Assembly: GCA_951406725.2 (NCBI GenBank) | Contig: OX597823.1 | Span: forward strand, 13,454,001 to 13,518,000 | Length of the DNA stretch: 64,000 nt | From: Octopus vulgaris | Lineage: Eukaryota | Reading direction: 5' to 3' | Shown: piece by piece, positions 38,856 to 52,739 of the stretch | Numbering within the stretch: the first letter of the stretch is position 1 | Layout: each line of letters starts with the position of its first letter | Notes under the pieces: generated by a model | Seen by the model: only the letters and a program-made list of their open reading frames with translations | Databases searched by the model: none | What the model was told of the DNA's origin: nothing | Position numbers and translations under genes: made by a program

Positions 38856-41083
38856 ATACAAATTTATATATATGTATTATAAAGATATGTATTCTCATGC
38901 TGAAAAATTGTGTATTGTGAAAAATACCATAGATATTTCTCAATCAAGTATATATGCTGTTCCAAAAACAGGTGTAGATTTGAATTACGAGGAGAATTTT
39001 CTGTTTTTATATTTCTCTAATCTACTATTTTACATCCAAATTTGGAGATGGTCATTGAGGAAAATTATGTCCAATTTAATTGATAAACACCCTCGTTTAT
39101 ATATATATGAAAAATAATTTCTAATTATAATTAGGGCTAACACTTCACTACATACCGAAATTTAGAAATAGCTTAAATGAATTCTCTACTGTGAAGTGTG
39201 TGACAGCAATATTCTCAATTACACAGGCAAAGATTGTGTGTGTGTGTGTGTGTGTGTGTGTACGTTTACAGTGTGTGTGTATTTAACGGTGTTGCTTTAA
39301 ATTTATGTATATGGTAAAGCAATTTTCTGAAGAATAATAATTTTTGTACAAAACCGATAAAGGTTCTTTTAACATACCGAACACTTGGTAAGAAATCCAA
39401 TTATAAAGATTAATCCAAGGTAGTACCCTTTATTAGTAAGGATGTTCTATAGATCTTATTATATAACTCCAACCTCATGCTTTACTCTTTTACTTGTTTC
39501 GTCTACTGCACACATTACAGCAAACAGACCAGGCAAAGGATTATTTTTGTAAAAGCGCAGTACTTATTTACAGGCATATTTTACGTCAAAAATGACCTGT
39601 AACTCATGAGTTACCTCCACACACACATCTACATATATGAGCTTCTTTGTTTCCGTCTCATTACAAGGCATTGGTCGGCCCGGGGTATCAAAGACAGCGA
39701 TGCCAAGTGGAGCTGAACTGCATGTGGTTGGACAACACACATAGATCTATTATTTATATTTGTTTCCTTATTGTTTGGTTCTTATCGTAGTTTACAGTCA
39801 TTATGTGATTCGTACAAAAAAAACAGATGTGTATATATAAAGTATTAGCTATTTCTACATGAGAACATATTACTCAGTTGTGTTTGTGTCTCTGTCTCCT
39901 CTCACTTTCTTCAGTTGCATTGGTAACAACATATTATATAGATGTCGTTCTGATAATATATGCATGTGGAAAATTGGCGGCTTACTCACAAGAAAAGTTG
40001 GATGTAGAATCTCGGCACATAAATAGTCGGAGTATAAATGCATCACAAAAACAACACACACACCAAAAACACATAAAAATACAACACGCTTTTCTACCCA
40101 GAGGTAGTATGTTTCAGCCTATCGCTGTAGACAATAACAGTATATTTTTCCCACTATTTTTTTGTGGTACAGTTTAAGATCTTTTCATTAAATTATGGAT
40201 ATTCATGTGTTGTGTTGTTTATTTCTGAATATGACATTTTTTTCACGTTACTCCTCCACTGAAAGAAGTTCGAATATGAGTTTTGACATCACTGCGCCGA
40301 AGGTGTTTACTTGTTCTTGTGAACATTGGAAATTGTTGTCATGGATAGATGGTGGGGAGGGATTGACATATCGGTCATCCTTAAACAAATTTTGGGGAAC
40401 TTTCAGGTACAATCTCCTGGTCATTCATTACCAAAGAGGATCAAACATATGCACTTCCCTACCTCATTCTCTTATCCACTAGCTTGAAGCTGATCCCCCC
40501 ACCCACCCAAAAGGTTTTGTAGTTCTGCAACTTGAATCGCAACGAATAGTCGGGTAGTATGATAAACTACTGTACTATTTACTACTCTAATACTTCACTA
40601 TATATATAATATATACATTTATATGTGCGTATGTGTGTGTGTGTGTGTGTGTGTGATTGTATGTATGTATGTGTGTATGTTTGTCTGTGTTCTTCTTCTT
40701 TTCTTCTTCTTTAACTGAAAGAAGGGTTCATATTTTTAGTAAAATTTTTGACATATTGTGTACAAGAGAGATACAATGGAATACCACGTCTTTTAAAAAT
40801 TGGGGAGAATTTCAAAATTCCAATATCAGCATTTTTTCTAAGACAGCTTTGATGAAATAATGAAAGATATGTAGTCAATCTACTAATATACTACCACACC
40901 CATCCACACACATGCATATTTTTCTATACTGTTTTACTTGTTTATTTTGTGTTCCATGCTGGAGCAGCGTAACATCGACCCATAGTAATATTACTTTTCA
41001 ATCATCCCGAAGCTATTTAACCATTTGTTTGAAGACACCCGTCGTTTGTCTTGCAATTCTCTCTATAAGATATACACACATAT

Positions 41084-41127
<44 letters not shown>

Positions 41128-42350
41128 GTGATGATGTATGTATGTATGTATGTATGTATGTATGTAGGAAGCGGAACTCTTGAGATAAACGGAAATTCAT
41201 TTAAATATTTTTTTTTTTTTTTTTTTTTTTTTTCTGTTTGTTGTGTGGCTGTGTAGCATAAATAGAAATAACCGGACTGATACCGATACATATAAACCAT
41301 TGGGATAAATGTGTGTTTGTTAGGGTGTGGAAGTACTGTGGATAACTTTAAAACCTGCGGCTCAGTGGTTACCGATGATGTTGACCGATGTGTCTTTTCG
41401 GATTATGGCTTCTGTTGCTTAGTGTGTGGGATTGACAAGTGCACAGTTGAAATGGTGTTTTAAAAAATATATAATACTGAAGTCTATTGATAAGAGTGCA
41501 GTGTATGCTGAATGTGGCTGCTGTAGCCAGCAAAATATTTGACAACAGATTAAATGCACTTAAATCAGTGAGGCCGTGGCTCAAGTAATATAAAAGCCAA
41601 ATGCAGACTAATGTTGAGGTTGACAAAGCTGAAGATATGCATATTTTCGAAACACGAATATCAAATCATAATGCGGTCTAGATCTTCCTAAAAAAATCTG
41701 AATAAATATGTTGGAAGGAAAGTTTCCAACAAAGACCTATGATCTTGACATCGTTGCTTTATGGGAGACGAGATTACAATCCTGGAGATGGTCATTATAA
41801 AAAAAATAAATAAAATATACATAAAATAAGGGGCATGGCAGAAACGATAGCATGTAGTGCGGCAATGCTTTGCTATGTCTGTGAGTTATCAAATTCCGCC
41901 ATGACTTTCTTTTCCTTTGCATTAAATAAATTATTACCAGTTGGTGGGGCCGTATAATCAACTTAGTTTGCTGTCCTTTCTTGTCACCATCTGTGTTATG
42001 CATGGGTAGTGTAATAGGTATTATACAAAATGCATAAATTGAGATTACCAAACATGATTTCAAATTTAGCTTAACTAAAATTTTTGGCGTCTTGAACTTT
42101 TCAATACCGACTATGTCAAGATTATTGAAAAAGGTTAGGAACAAAAAATTTTAGGAAAATAAAATAGAACAGGAAATTTTCCGGTGAATGTGTTAAATTA
42201 TAAGCACAGAAAATGATTCTGAACAACAGAATATGAACACAGAACTTTATGAAGAATTTGCAAAGAAAGTCAAAAGAAATATTGATATATCAAATGATTG
42301 GCACAAGGCCTGCAAGATTGGGGTGATAGACATTACATTGATTCTGTTCA
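37460..42350 (-). other. Deletion-rich inverted copy of 29400-35390 (probable fold-back assembly artefact)
   Basis: Colinear mirror anchors, e.g. 41450-41740 vs 30460-30140, 39960-40040 vs 32130-32035, 39120-39430 vs 33210-32855. Confidence 0.85.
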
Positions 42351-42369
42351 GCGTACATTTTTATCGTCC

Positions 42370-44762
42370 ACAAAAGGGAAGTTGCATAGGGAATTCGAAG
42401 ACGTAAAATCACGTGTGAGGCAAAGGTTCTCTCAGATGAGGGATACGTGGCGTAAGAAGGCTGACGAGATACAGCGGCTTGAGATTCCAATAACACAAAG
42501 TCTGTATGGTTCTTGAGAAGTTTCTAATGTTTATTCCCTGAATATGAAAAGAAATTAAAGCAGTGTGATTCAAAGGAATTGATGCGGTGGCAAGAACACT
42601 TTGATGAACTTTTGAATCAACAGTCTGTAGTTAGTGAATTTCTCAATCTCTGCCCTGGATTGCCTGTGAAGGCAGCACTCGCATAAGTTGGAAGACGTTG
42701 CAATGGCTGTCTCAAGGTTGAATAATGGGTCTCCGGGTATGGATGGCATACATGCGGAGTTGTTACAGTATGGTGGTGAGAAAATTCTGCAGAAACTTCA
42801 CTGTTTGTGGTAAGATATGGTAGTGAATCTGTACGAGGACTGGAGAGATACAGTAATGGTGGAAGGGAAAGGCAGGGAATGATTGTGGTAATTATAGGAG
42901 AGTATCATTGCTGTCTGTTGTAGGAAAGGTTTTATGCATGGTACTTCTGGATCGTCTGCTGAAATCCGTTGCAGACTGTGTTCTTCAAGAAAATCAACCT
43001 GGCTTTCGTGTGGGATGTGGCACTGCTGATATAATCTTTTCAGCTAGACAGCTTCAGGAGAAGTGTGGAACAGGGTCTGGATTTGTATCAGGTTTTTGTA
43101 GATCTGACAAAAGCCTTTGATACCGTCAATAGAAAAGCATTGTGGAAAGTCCTCCAGAAACGTGGGTGTCCTGAAAAGTTCCTTGCTTTGGTTAGGTCTT
43201 TTCATGAAGACATGAATGGTAGGGTGAATGTTAGAGGGAAATTGTCGGAGCCCATTGCAATACAAAATGGAAATAGGGATATCCTGGCACCGACCCTATT
43301 TGCCATATATCTTGCGATGGTGTTCTGTATTGCATTCAGAAACTGCAGATACGGTGTTTACATCCATTATCGAACCTCTGGCAGCATATTTAATATCAGG
43401 CACTTTGCTGCGAAAACAAATGCATTTACCTCTATCATGAGAGACCTTTTGTATGCAGATGATTGTGATCTAGTAGCACACACAGAGATTGGTATGCAAC
43501 ACATTTTTAATGCATTCTCTGATGCTTGCACTGCCTTAGGATTGACAGTGAATCTCAAGAAAACTGTTGTCATGCATCAATCTGCCCCTGGTAAGCAGTA
43601 TAGTGTACCAAATATCTATGTGTATCTTAAACGACTTGATGTAGTTGATCAGTTTGTCTACCTGGGAAGCACTATTAATAGATATAGCAATTTGGATGAT
43701 GAAATTCCATATAGAATTAGGAAAGCAAGTGTTGGCTTTCGGAAGGTAGAAAAGCGCCTCTGGAGTCGGCGAGACATATGCAGAAAGACAAAGATAAAGG
43801 TGTACAAGGCATGTGTGCTCCCTTCTCTTCTCTATGCCTGCGAGACGTGGGTCACATATCGATACCACTTTAAACAACTGGAACGTTTCCATCAGATGTG
43901 TCTCAGACGGATCTATGGCATTAAGTGGAAGGACCGCATCAGTGATCTTGAAATACTCGAAGGCTCTCGGTGTGAAAGTATAGAAGCTCTTGTGTTAAAG
44001 CAAAGGCTCAGATGGAGTGGTCATCTGGTCAGGAATGAAGGATTCAAGGATGCCTAAACAACTCTTTATGGAGAGTTAGCTAAAGGAGAACGACCTCCAC
44101 ATAAACCAAAAAGAGGTATAAGGTATTGCTGAGGGCTTCCTTAAGAGATGCTTGCATCTCTCCTGACACATGGGAAGGTATAGCTATTGATCGTAGCAGG
44201 TGGAGAAGGATTGTGCATGAGGGGACAGCCACGTTTGAGAAATCTCGAGTTCCACATGAGAAAGTAAGGAGGGATGTCAGGAAGGGCATTGCTGTTACAC
44301 TTCCAGAAGGGAAGGGTCTTCCTTTGATTCTGACATGCAATGTCTGTGCAAGACCCTGCCTCAGTAGAGCTGGACTCATGAGTCATCTTCGTAGTCATAA
44401 AACGAGACAGATGAGTGACAACCTGGCCACTGGTGGTGGTGTAACACACCATACTAATCATATCTGTCGGGCATGTCGAAGAGTGTGTAATTCGGCAGGA
44501 GGGCTTAAACGACATGCAAAGGTACATGAAGCCCAATTAAAACTACAGCCGGCTATTACCAGTAAAGGTTTTAGTTGCCAATTTTGTACAAGACATTGTA
44601 GATCTTTAGCTGGGCTAAAAAGTCACATTCGATCACAGCACCAGTAACAGTTAAGCTTCGTGCAATGGCCATACTCGATAACGAGGGGGCAGCCATAATG
44701 TATGTATGTATGTATGTATGTATGTATGTATGTATGTATGTATGTATGTATGTATGTATGTA
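42370..44762 (+). mobile_element. RTE LINE, 5'-truncated and frameshifted (RT + three C2H2 fingers + 3'UTR + (TATG)n)
   Basis: SLLSVVGKV, QPGFR, FVDLTKAFDTVNR, LLYADD, YLGS, LRWSGHLVR; ORFs 42908-43120, 43065-44057, 44126-44647. Confidence 0.95.
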
Positions 44763-44894
44763 TAATTGTATAATTGTATATATATCTTAATATATAAAAT
44801 ACCCTGTCTATGTGTGTGTCCTCAATACACGCTCAAATCTGTGGATCAATCTGTACCATACCTGGAGTACAAAACGTTATAAAGGAGTTAGAAC

Positions 44895-46095
44895 CAACTT
44901 GGAGAGCTACAAATACCTAGGGGTATTTGAAGGAGACAGAATCAAACATTCAGTGGTGAGGAAAAGGATCAGAAGAGAATGTTATCGCAGGGTAAGGACA
45001 ATACTCAAGACAGAGATGAATGCAAGAAACAGAATCGAAGCGACCAATACTTTAGCCATACCAGTCGTGACTTACAGTTTCAATATCATTAACTGGTTAA
45101 TTACTGAAATATGTAATCTTGGCAGAAAAATACGAAAATTGTTGACAATGTATAGAATGCGCCACCTTAAGGCAGATAAAGAACAACTTTACCTGCCAAG
45201 AAAAGAAGGAGGCCGTGAACTTTTACAACTGGAATTAACAATGAAGATTGCCACAGTTGACCTAGACACCTACCTCAAAACTCTGAGTACTGGATGTTAA
45301 AACTTGTCTCAAAGCTTGAAAGAAAGAAAGCATCATACTCTCAGTAACAAAACAGGCAAAGGAATATCTAAGTGAATTCCCAAATACAACAAATTCCAGA
45401 ATTAGACGTACTAGAAACAAGCACCGAAAAAGCTAAGCGTAAGAAAACCTGTGCTAAAATTGCTGCGTTAGACATTTTTACTGATAAATGGCAAGAAAAA
45501 ACTCTTAATGGCAAAATACCCAAAGAGAGCTAATAATGCTGATGTTGACAAAGCCTTTACCCATAAATGGTTAGTATCTTCTGGCTTAAAATCAGAAACA
45601 AAACGGTTTATCATACCAGCCCAAGATCAATGCCTACCTACATGGAACTACCAGGCCAACATATTAAAGAGCGGCAGTAGCCCAACATTTCGTGTATGTC
45701 AACAACAAAATGAAACCATTGATAATGTTGTCTCCATGTGCAGCCTTCTTGCGTCTACAGAATATCTCAACAGGCAAGATAGAGCAGTACAATATATTCA
45801 TTGGGTAATTTGCAAAATCCTAGACCTCTCCCATGTTAAAAACTAGTGGGAACACAAACCATCTCCAGTTCTTGAAAATTATCACATCTCATTCCTCTGG
45901 AACTTCACCATTCAAACTGACAGTAAGATAGATGCGAATAGGCCAGACATTATATTGAAAGACGTCAGACAGAAATCATGCTTCCGCATTGATGTGACTG
46001 TCCCAATCGACATAACTGTATCTGTCAAGTCCTACCAAAAAACTGAGCAAGTATAAGACATGGAAATAGGAATTGGCAAAATGTGGAACCTCAAC
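44895..46095 (+). mobile_element. Degraded R4/Dong-type LINE
   Basis: YKYLGV, LYLPRKEGGR, AQDQCLPT, degraded CCHC knuckle, LWNFTIQTD..NRPDI. Confidence 0.85.
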
Positions 46096-47960
46096 GTAGA
46101 TCTCTTCTCAGGTGACACACTCTAAGGGAAAGTTAATATCAAAAGAGGAATTTTCCAGGGGCGCTCATTGTCCCCTTTAATATTTGTCTTGACTGATCCC
46201 TCTCAGTTTAGTATTAAGGTAGACAAATGCAGGGTATCAGTTCAGAAATAGTAATGGAAAAATTAACCATTTGCTCTACATGGATGATCTGAAGTGTTTT
46301 AGTAAGAATGAAAAACATAGTAAAAATTTTCAGCAAAGTTATATGCATGGAATTTGGCATAGATAACTGTGCAATATTAGTCATGAGAAGGGTACAGGTA
46401 GTCAACAGCAAGAGGCATCCAATTACCAGATGGCCAGACGTTAAAATCAAAGAAAGGAGGAGAGAGTTATAAATATCTAGGAGCATTAAAATATGACAGA
46501 GTACTAACTACAGAAATGAAAAGGAAAATTGAGAAGGGGTACATAAGAAGAGTGAGGAAGCTAATGAAGTCAAAGCTAAATGGTCCGAATCTAGTAAGGT
46601 TGTAAATACTTGGACAGTATCATTACTTACATACTCAGTAGCTTTTATAGATTGGATGAAAACTGAACTAGCAAAGCTAGACAGAACTAGGAAGGAATTC
46701 AATATGAATAGAGGATTCCACCCAAAGGCAGGAGTAGCAAGATCATACCTACAAAGGCAGAAAGGTGGAAGAGGGTTAATATCAGTAGATATAGGCTCCT
46801 ATGTAGTTAATAGTGAGGAGAGTTTATTAAAAGCTACTAGAGTCACAGCAAGAAATAGGGAAACTTAAACATCAAATGAACTTAAAAACCAGAAAAAAAT
46901 AACAGAAATTATCTGACTGGCAGGAGAAGGCGTTGCATAGTAGTTCTCAATGATAGCTTAGAAAATAGTAGTAGTGAGACATGGCTGTGGTTGCAGAAAG
47001 GAAAGCTGAAAAAGGAGGCAGAAAGTTGTTAGTGGCTGCACATGATCGGTAAAAGCCAAGATAGGCAAAAACCAAGTAGATTCCCAATGTATATTATATA
47101 TTTCTTTACTACCCACAAGGGGCTAAACACAGAGGGGACAAACAAGGACAGACAAAGGGATTTAATCGATTATATCGACCTTCCAGTACGTAACTGGTAC
47201 TTAATTTATCGACCCCGAAAGGATGAAAGGCAAAGTCGACCTCGGCGGAATTTGAACTTGGAACGTAACGACAGACGAAATACGGCTATGCATGTCGCCC
47301 GGCGTGCTAACGTGTCTGCCAGCTCGCCGCCCTTCCTAATGTATATTATACAAATCAAAATAGGAAAGCGTTACTTATATAGTAAGTGAATGTAACATGC
47401 TGGCACAGAAAGACTGCAAGGAAAGACGACAATCTAGGGAGAGCAATCCACTGGGAGCTATGTAGAAAGCTAGGATTTGAACATACTGATAAATGGTATG
47501 AACATGAACTTAGTAAAGTACTAGAAAGTAAGACATAGAAGATCCTGTGGGACTTTAACATTCAGACTGACAAAATAATAGAAGCTAGAAGGCCTGATTA
47601 CGAACCTCACCAAATATAGAGAATAGAAAGTGCCAGATAATTGACTTTACAGTCCCAAATGATGTAAACATAAATATGAGAAGTATAGAAAAATAGCTAA
47701 GTACCAGGACCTAGCTACAGGGACTATGGAAAGTGCGGGTAAAATGTATCCCAGTAGATACTGGTGCACTGGGAAAATGGCTTAAAAATCTGAACAGATG
47801 AATGGAGGAAATAGGCATAAAACCCAGTTTAGTACTGAAGCAGAAACAGTTTTATCAGGTACAGTTAGGATACGTAGAAGGGTTCTTGGCACCTAAGATT
47901 ACCCAATAAGGGGGCTCTTGGCATTTAAGTCTAATATGTTGAGTGTATAATAATAATAAC
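46096..47960 (+). mobile_element. Degraded R4/Dong-type LINE (another subfamily)
   Basis: KRGIFQGRSLSPL, NHLLYMDDLK, KGGRGL, LWDFNIQTD..RRPD; ends in TAA repeats. Confidence 0.85.
47100..47331 (-). mobile_element. SINE family B inserted in R4 element
   Basis: TSD ttcccaatgtatattata/ttcctaatgtatattata. Confidence 0.92.
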
Positions 47961-47984
47961 AACAACATCAACAATAATAAAAAT

Positions 47985-48200
47985 AATCTTTTCTACTATA
48001 GGCACAAGTCCTGAAATTTTGGAGGAGGAGAATAGTCGATTACATCGACCCCAGTCTTTCACTGGTACTTATTTCATCGACCCCGAAGGGATGAAAGGCA
48101 AAGTCAACCTCGGCGGACGAAATATCAATAACGTTAAGACGGACGAAATATCAAAAAGCATTTCGCCCGGCTTACTAATGATTCTGCTAGCTCGCCAACC
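47985..48200 (-). mobile_element. SINE B-related subfamily with a different tail (also 29278-29490, 35020-35175, 51575-51772, 56260-56425, 60390-60570)
   Basis: Shares the B head/core but ends aaatttcaggccttgtgcc. Confidence 0.7.
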
Positions 48201-48230
48201 TCAGTAATAATAATAATAATAATAATAATG

Positions 48231-48306
<76 letters not shown>

Positions 48307-48315
48307 CAAACATAA

Positions 48316-49965
48316 TAATGCAAATGACAAACAGCTGGAAACACTATTAAAGACAGTTCATGGATTTACCAAAAAGAAATAGATATGAAATTTGGATTAG
48401 AAAAATGCGCCAAAGTAACCATGAAAAGAGGAAAACTAGTTAAGAGTAACAACATCACACTAGATGAAGCAAATGAAATAAAAGAATTAGACCAAAGCCA
48501 AACTTACAAATACTTAGGAATCCATAAACTAGATAAGACACAACACACACAAATGAAAGAGAAAATAAAAAGAATATTATAGACGAGTTAGATCAATACT
48601 AAACACAGAGCTCAATGCTAAAAACAAGATAATAGGTATCAACACTTTAGCTGTCCCAGTTATAAGTTACAGCTACAATATCCTTAACTGGACACGAAAT
48701 GAACTGACCAAAATAGACAGGAAAACAAGAAAAATAATGACAGGATCTAGGATGCATCACCCAAAATCTGACATAGAAAGACTATATATACAACGTATAG
48801 AAGGTGGTAGAGGCCTTATACAGCTGGAAAACTACTATAAAATAACCACCATAGGACTGCAAAAATATCTACTTCAGAAGGAAGGAAAACTGATCCAGAT
48901 AGCGGCAAAACACGAGCAAAACACGAGCAAAACAAAAAACTGTTCTCAGTATTTAAGGAAGCTGACAAATACAAACAAGAAATCATACCACCTAATAAAG
49001 ATGAAGAAGAAGAAGAAGATGAAGAAACAACAAAAGCTATAAAAAAAAATGAAATCCAAACTAAAAATAGAACAGCAACGAACCATGATAAAACGATGGC
49101 AAGAAAAGCCCCTTCATGGTAAATACTGGACTAAACTAAACGCAAAAGAAATAGACAAAGAAAGATCCCAGCAATGGTTGAGAAGCTCAGGACTCAAAGC
49201 AGAAACAGAGGGATTTTTAATTGCAGCACAAGACCAAAGCCTCCCCACCAGAAATTACCAAAAACATGTAATGAAAAGAAATATTACAAGTAACTGCAGA
49301 ATATGTGGAGATGGACAAGAAACAATAAATCATATTATCTCTAGCTGCCCAGTCCTGGCTAAGAAGGAATATATTCACAGACATGACAGAGTTGGAACTT
49401 ACATACATTGGAAGCTATGCCAACATTATGGAATAACAACAGAAAAAAGATGGTATAGGCACACACCAGAAAAGGTCACAGAAAACGAGAAAGCAACCAT
49501 ACTCTGGGATATGCCGATACACACAGATAGAGAAATTAAGGCCAACAGACCAGATATAGTTGTCAGAGACCATGAAGAAAAAAAAATGCTTTCTAATTGA
49601 TGTATCAGTACCGGCAGATGACAACGTGTCTCTAAAAGAAATGGAGAAACTCTCAAAATACAAAGACCTGGAAATAGAGGTAACCAGAATGTGGAATCTG
49701 AAAACAGAAACAATTCCTGTCATAGTAGGTGCATTAGGCATGATAAAAAAATATTCAGACAAATACATAACAAAAACACCAGGACTTACAAACACATATA
49801 ACATACAGAAAATTGCACTACTAGGCACTGCACACATCCTACGCAGAACACTTTCCATACAATAACCATCAGAGCATCACAACAAATCACAGCACATACC
49901 CAAGGCACACAGAGCTGCGCTCGGTAGTGAAGTGAAAGCACGCTGTAAAAATAAAAATAAAACTA

Positions 49966-49970
<5 letters not shown>
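48316..49970 (+). mobile_element. R4/Dong-type LINE, 5'-truncated, relatively young
   Basis: FGLEKCA, YKYLG, EGGRGL, CRIC..ETINHIISSC, RHD, NRPDIVV..LIDVS..EKLSKYKDL (PD-(D/E)xK); (TAA)n on both flanks; frameshifts at A-runs. Confidence 0.95.
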
Positions 49971-50002
<32 letters not shown>

Positions 50003-50236
50003 GTAATAATAATAATAATAATAATGAATACTGTATTGCGACGACTTCAACAACAACAACAATAATAATAATAACAACAAAAACAAATTATTCATAGGCC
50101 CTGTGTAAAGAGTAAACACAAATGGCATTTAAAATTTACGACAGCTGTTTCATACGGGAGATATCGAAACAGGTGTTGTAAATTTTCATCCCCATTTGTA
50201 TATATGTATGTGTGTGTGCATTTATATGTGTATGTA

Positions 50237-50304
<68 letters not shown>

Positions 50305-50919
50305 CATACATACATGCATATGCATCCATATGCACGTGAATACAATATAAAATGTACAGCAATCAGTTTATATATTGTTGGCATAATATTGTAATATTTG
50401 AAAAAATTCTCTTCTAATTGATTGTCTAGTACATATCCAAAGGCAGTTTATGAAGTTAGTATGCGCATAACAGTACTATATGAATATTCAGTAAACACGT
50501 CAAATTTATAACGAAGAGAGGTCGAAGAGTAAAAAAATGAAAAGAAGCAAAATTGTTACAAACAAATTACTTTATTTTACTTCAAGGTAAATAAATACAA
50601 AAAAAATGTGCTGCCTTCCATTTAATATGTATATTTATCTAAATGTAATTATATTTTGGCAAATGGCTATTCAAAAATATAGCCATATGAGAAATAGTAA
50701 ACAGAATCTGAAACTGAGAAAGCTAGTGATTATATGCTTCGATAAAAGTCATTTGGTGAGGTTCGTAAAGTTACAAAAGTTCATATGTCGTACGCAGATA
50801 TGAGTACAGACGTTTCGAGTAATGTAATTCATCTAATATATATATATAATGTGGTGCTCCAGCATGGCCGAAAAGACTGAAACAAGTAAAAAGAAAATAA
50901 TAAAAAGAATATATATATA

Positions 50920-51065
50920 TATTTCTCTCCTTGTTTTTTCTGTGTCCCTTTCTGTAGAAGAGCGTAGGCTCGAAACGTAAAATACTTTTTCTATTCCTGA
51001 GCGTTATACTAATACATCTGTTTGTTTTGCACCTGTCTTCGTCTTCTGTTTTCTTCGTAAACTCT

Positions 51066-51070
<5 letters not shown>
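50920..51070 (+). mobile_element. H2 Penelope-like repeat between (TA)n tracts
   Basis: ttt-CTGTAGA-a-GAGC-gtag-GCTC-GAAAC-GTA-aaa at 50949-50982. Confidence 0.65.
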
Positions 51071-51120
<50 letters not shown>

Positions 51121-51126
<6 letters not shown>

Positions 51127-51335
51127 GAAATGAGGTAATAAGAAGATCGGATGGTTTATATTTACAGATATTTATTTATAAATACAAAGGAACTTATTTT
51201 GATTTGAAAACCCCACTAGAATGGGAGAAAGCGCTAATGATCTAAGTGATATGATATATATATAAAAAATGTAATATATAAATAAATATCTGTAAATATA
51301 AACCATCCGATCTTCTGATTACCTCATTTCTTCTA
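51121..51335 (+). mobile_element. Palindromic Penelope-like remnant (H5) with hammerhead-like motif in the loop (51201-51240)
   Basis: ~60-bp arms 51121-51180/51277-51336; TTGAAAA-cCCCA/TGGGa-GAAA-GCGC-TA. Confidence 0.6.
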
Positions 51336-51367
51336 ATATATAAGACCTGTACATCATCTCCAAACCT

Positions 51368-51429
<62 letters not shown>

Positions 51430-51811
51430 TATTCTACGCTGCTGGTTACAAAATATATAGTTTTAATAGTGATAATGATAACGATGACGAGGAGAAGGAA
51501 GGAGGAGGAGGAGGAGGAGGAGGAGGAGGAGGAGAAAGGAAAAATCAAGAAAATATTACTACTAATAATAATTTCAATTTTAGGAACAAGGCGTGGAATT
51601 TGTGGGGAGCAGATAGTTGATTTCATTGACCCCAGCAAGTACTTAATTTATCGACCTCGAAAGGATGAAAGGCAGAGTCAACCTCGGCGGAATTTGAACT
51701 CAACGTAAAAACGGACGAAATACCGCTAAGCATTTCGCCCGGTGTGCTAACGATTCTGCCAGTTCGCCGTCTTAATAATAATAATAATGCTAATAATAAT
51801 AATAATAATGC

Positions 51812-51947
<136 letters not shown>

Positions 51948-52008
51948 TAATAATAATAATAATATTCGTTTCAATTTACACTTGTGTTTTCTAAAAGGAA
52001 TTATATAT

Positions 52009-52108
52009 NNNNNNNNNNNNNNNNNNNNNNNNNNNNNNNNNNNNNNNNNNNNNNNNNNNNNNNNNNNNNNNNNNNNNNNNNNNNNNNNNNNNNNNNNNNN
52101 NNNNNNNN
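52009..52108. other. Assembly gap (100 N)
   Basis: Direct reading. Confidence 1.
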
Positions 52109-52204
52109 CATACATACAGCTTCAAACTTCCAGCTTCTATATCCGGATCTCAAATTTATATTTTTATCAATAACAATTGTGGCACTCGGTTTTGTAAGTA
52201 AATT

Positions 52205-52435
52205 ATTTATTTACTACCCACAAGGGGCTAAACACAGAGAGGACAAACAAGGACAGACAAACGGATTAAGTCGATTACATCGACCCCAGTGCGTAACTGG
52301 TACTTAATTTATCGACCCCTAAAGGATGAAAGGCAAAGTCGACCTCGGTGGAATTTGAACTCAGAACGTAACGGCATACGAAATACGGCTACGCATTTCG
52401 CCCGGCGTGCTAACGTTTCTGCCAGTTCGCCGCCT
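52205..52435 (-). mobile_element. SINE family B
   Basis: TSD tcggttttgtaagtaaat. Confidence 0.92.
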
Positions 52436-52739
52436 TTGTTCGGTTTTGTAAGTAAATGCCTAACTGTCAGTTTGGATAAGCTTGAATTTTCAGAAGTAAT
52501 CACCCAACTGATTCGTACCTTACAAATACAACCTGTATGCGGAACAGTATATCTATGCAAGACTTTTCTCAGGTTCAATCGTTTTCGTTATGTACATTCC
52601 AAAGGCAGAACTTTCTATCTTTGTTAGAAACCAGCTCCGTCTTCAGAGGAAGAATGTCAAGGATTAAACACATACATACATATACACACATACATACATA
52701 CATACATACATACATACATACATACATACATACATACAT

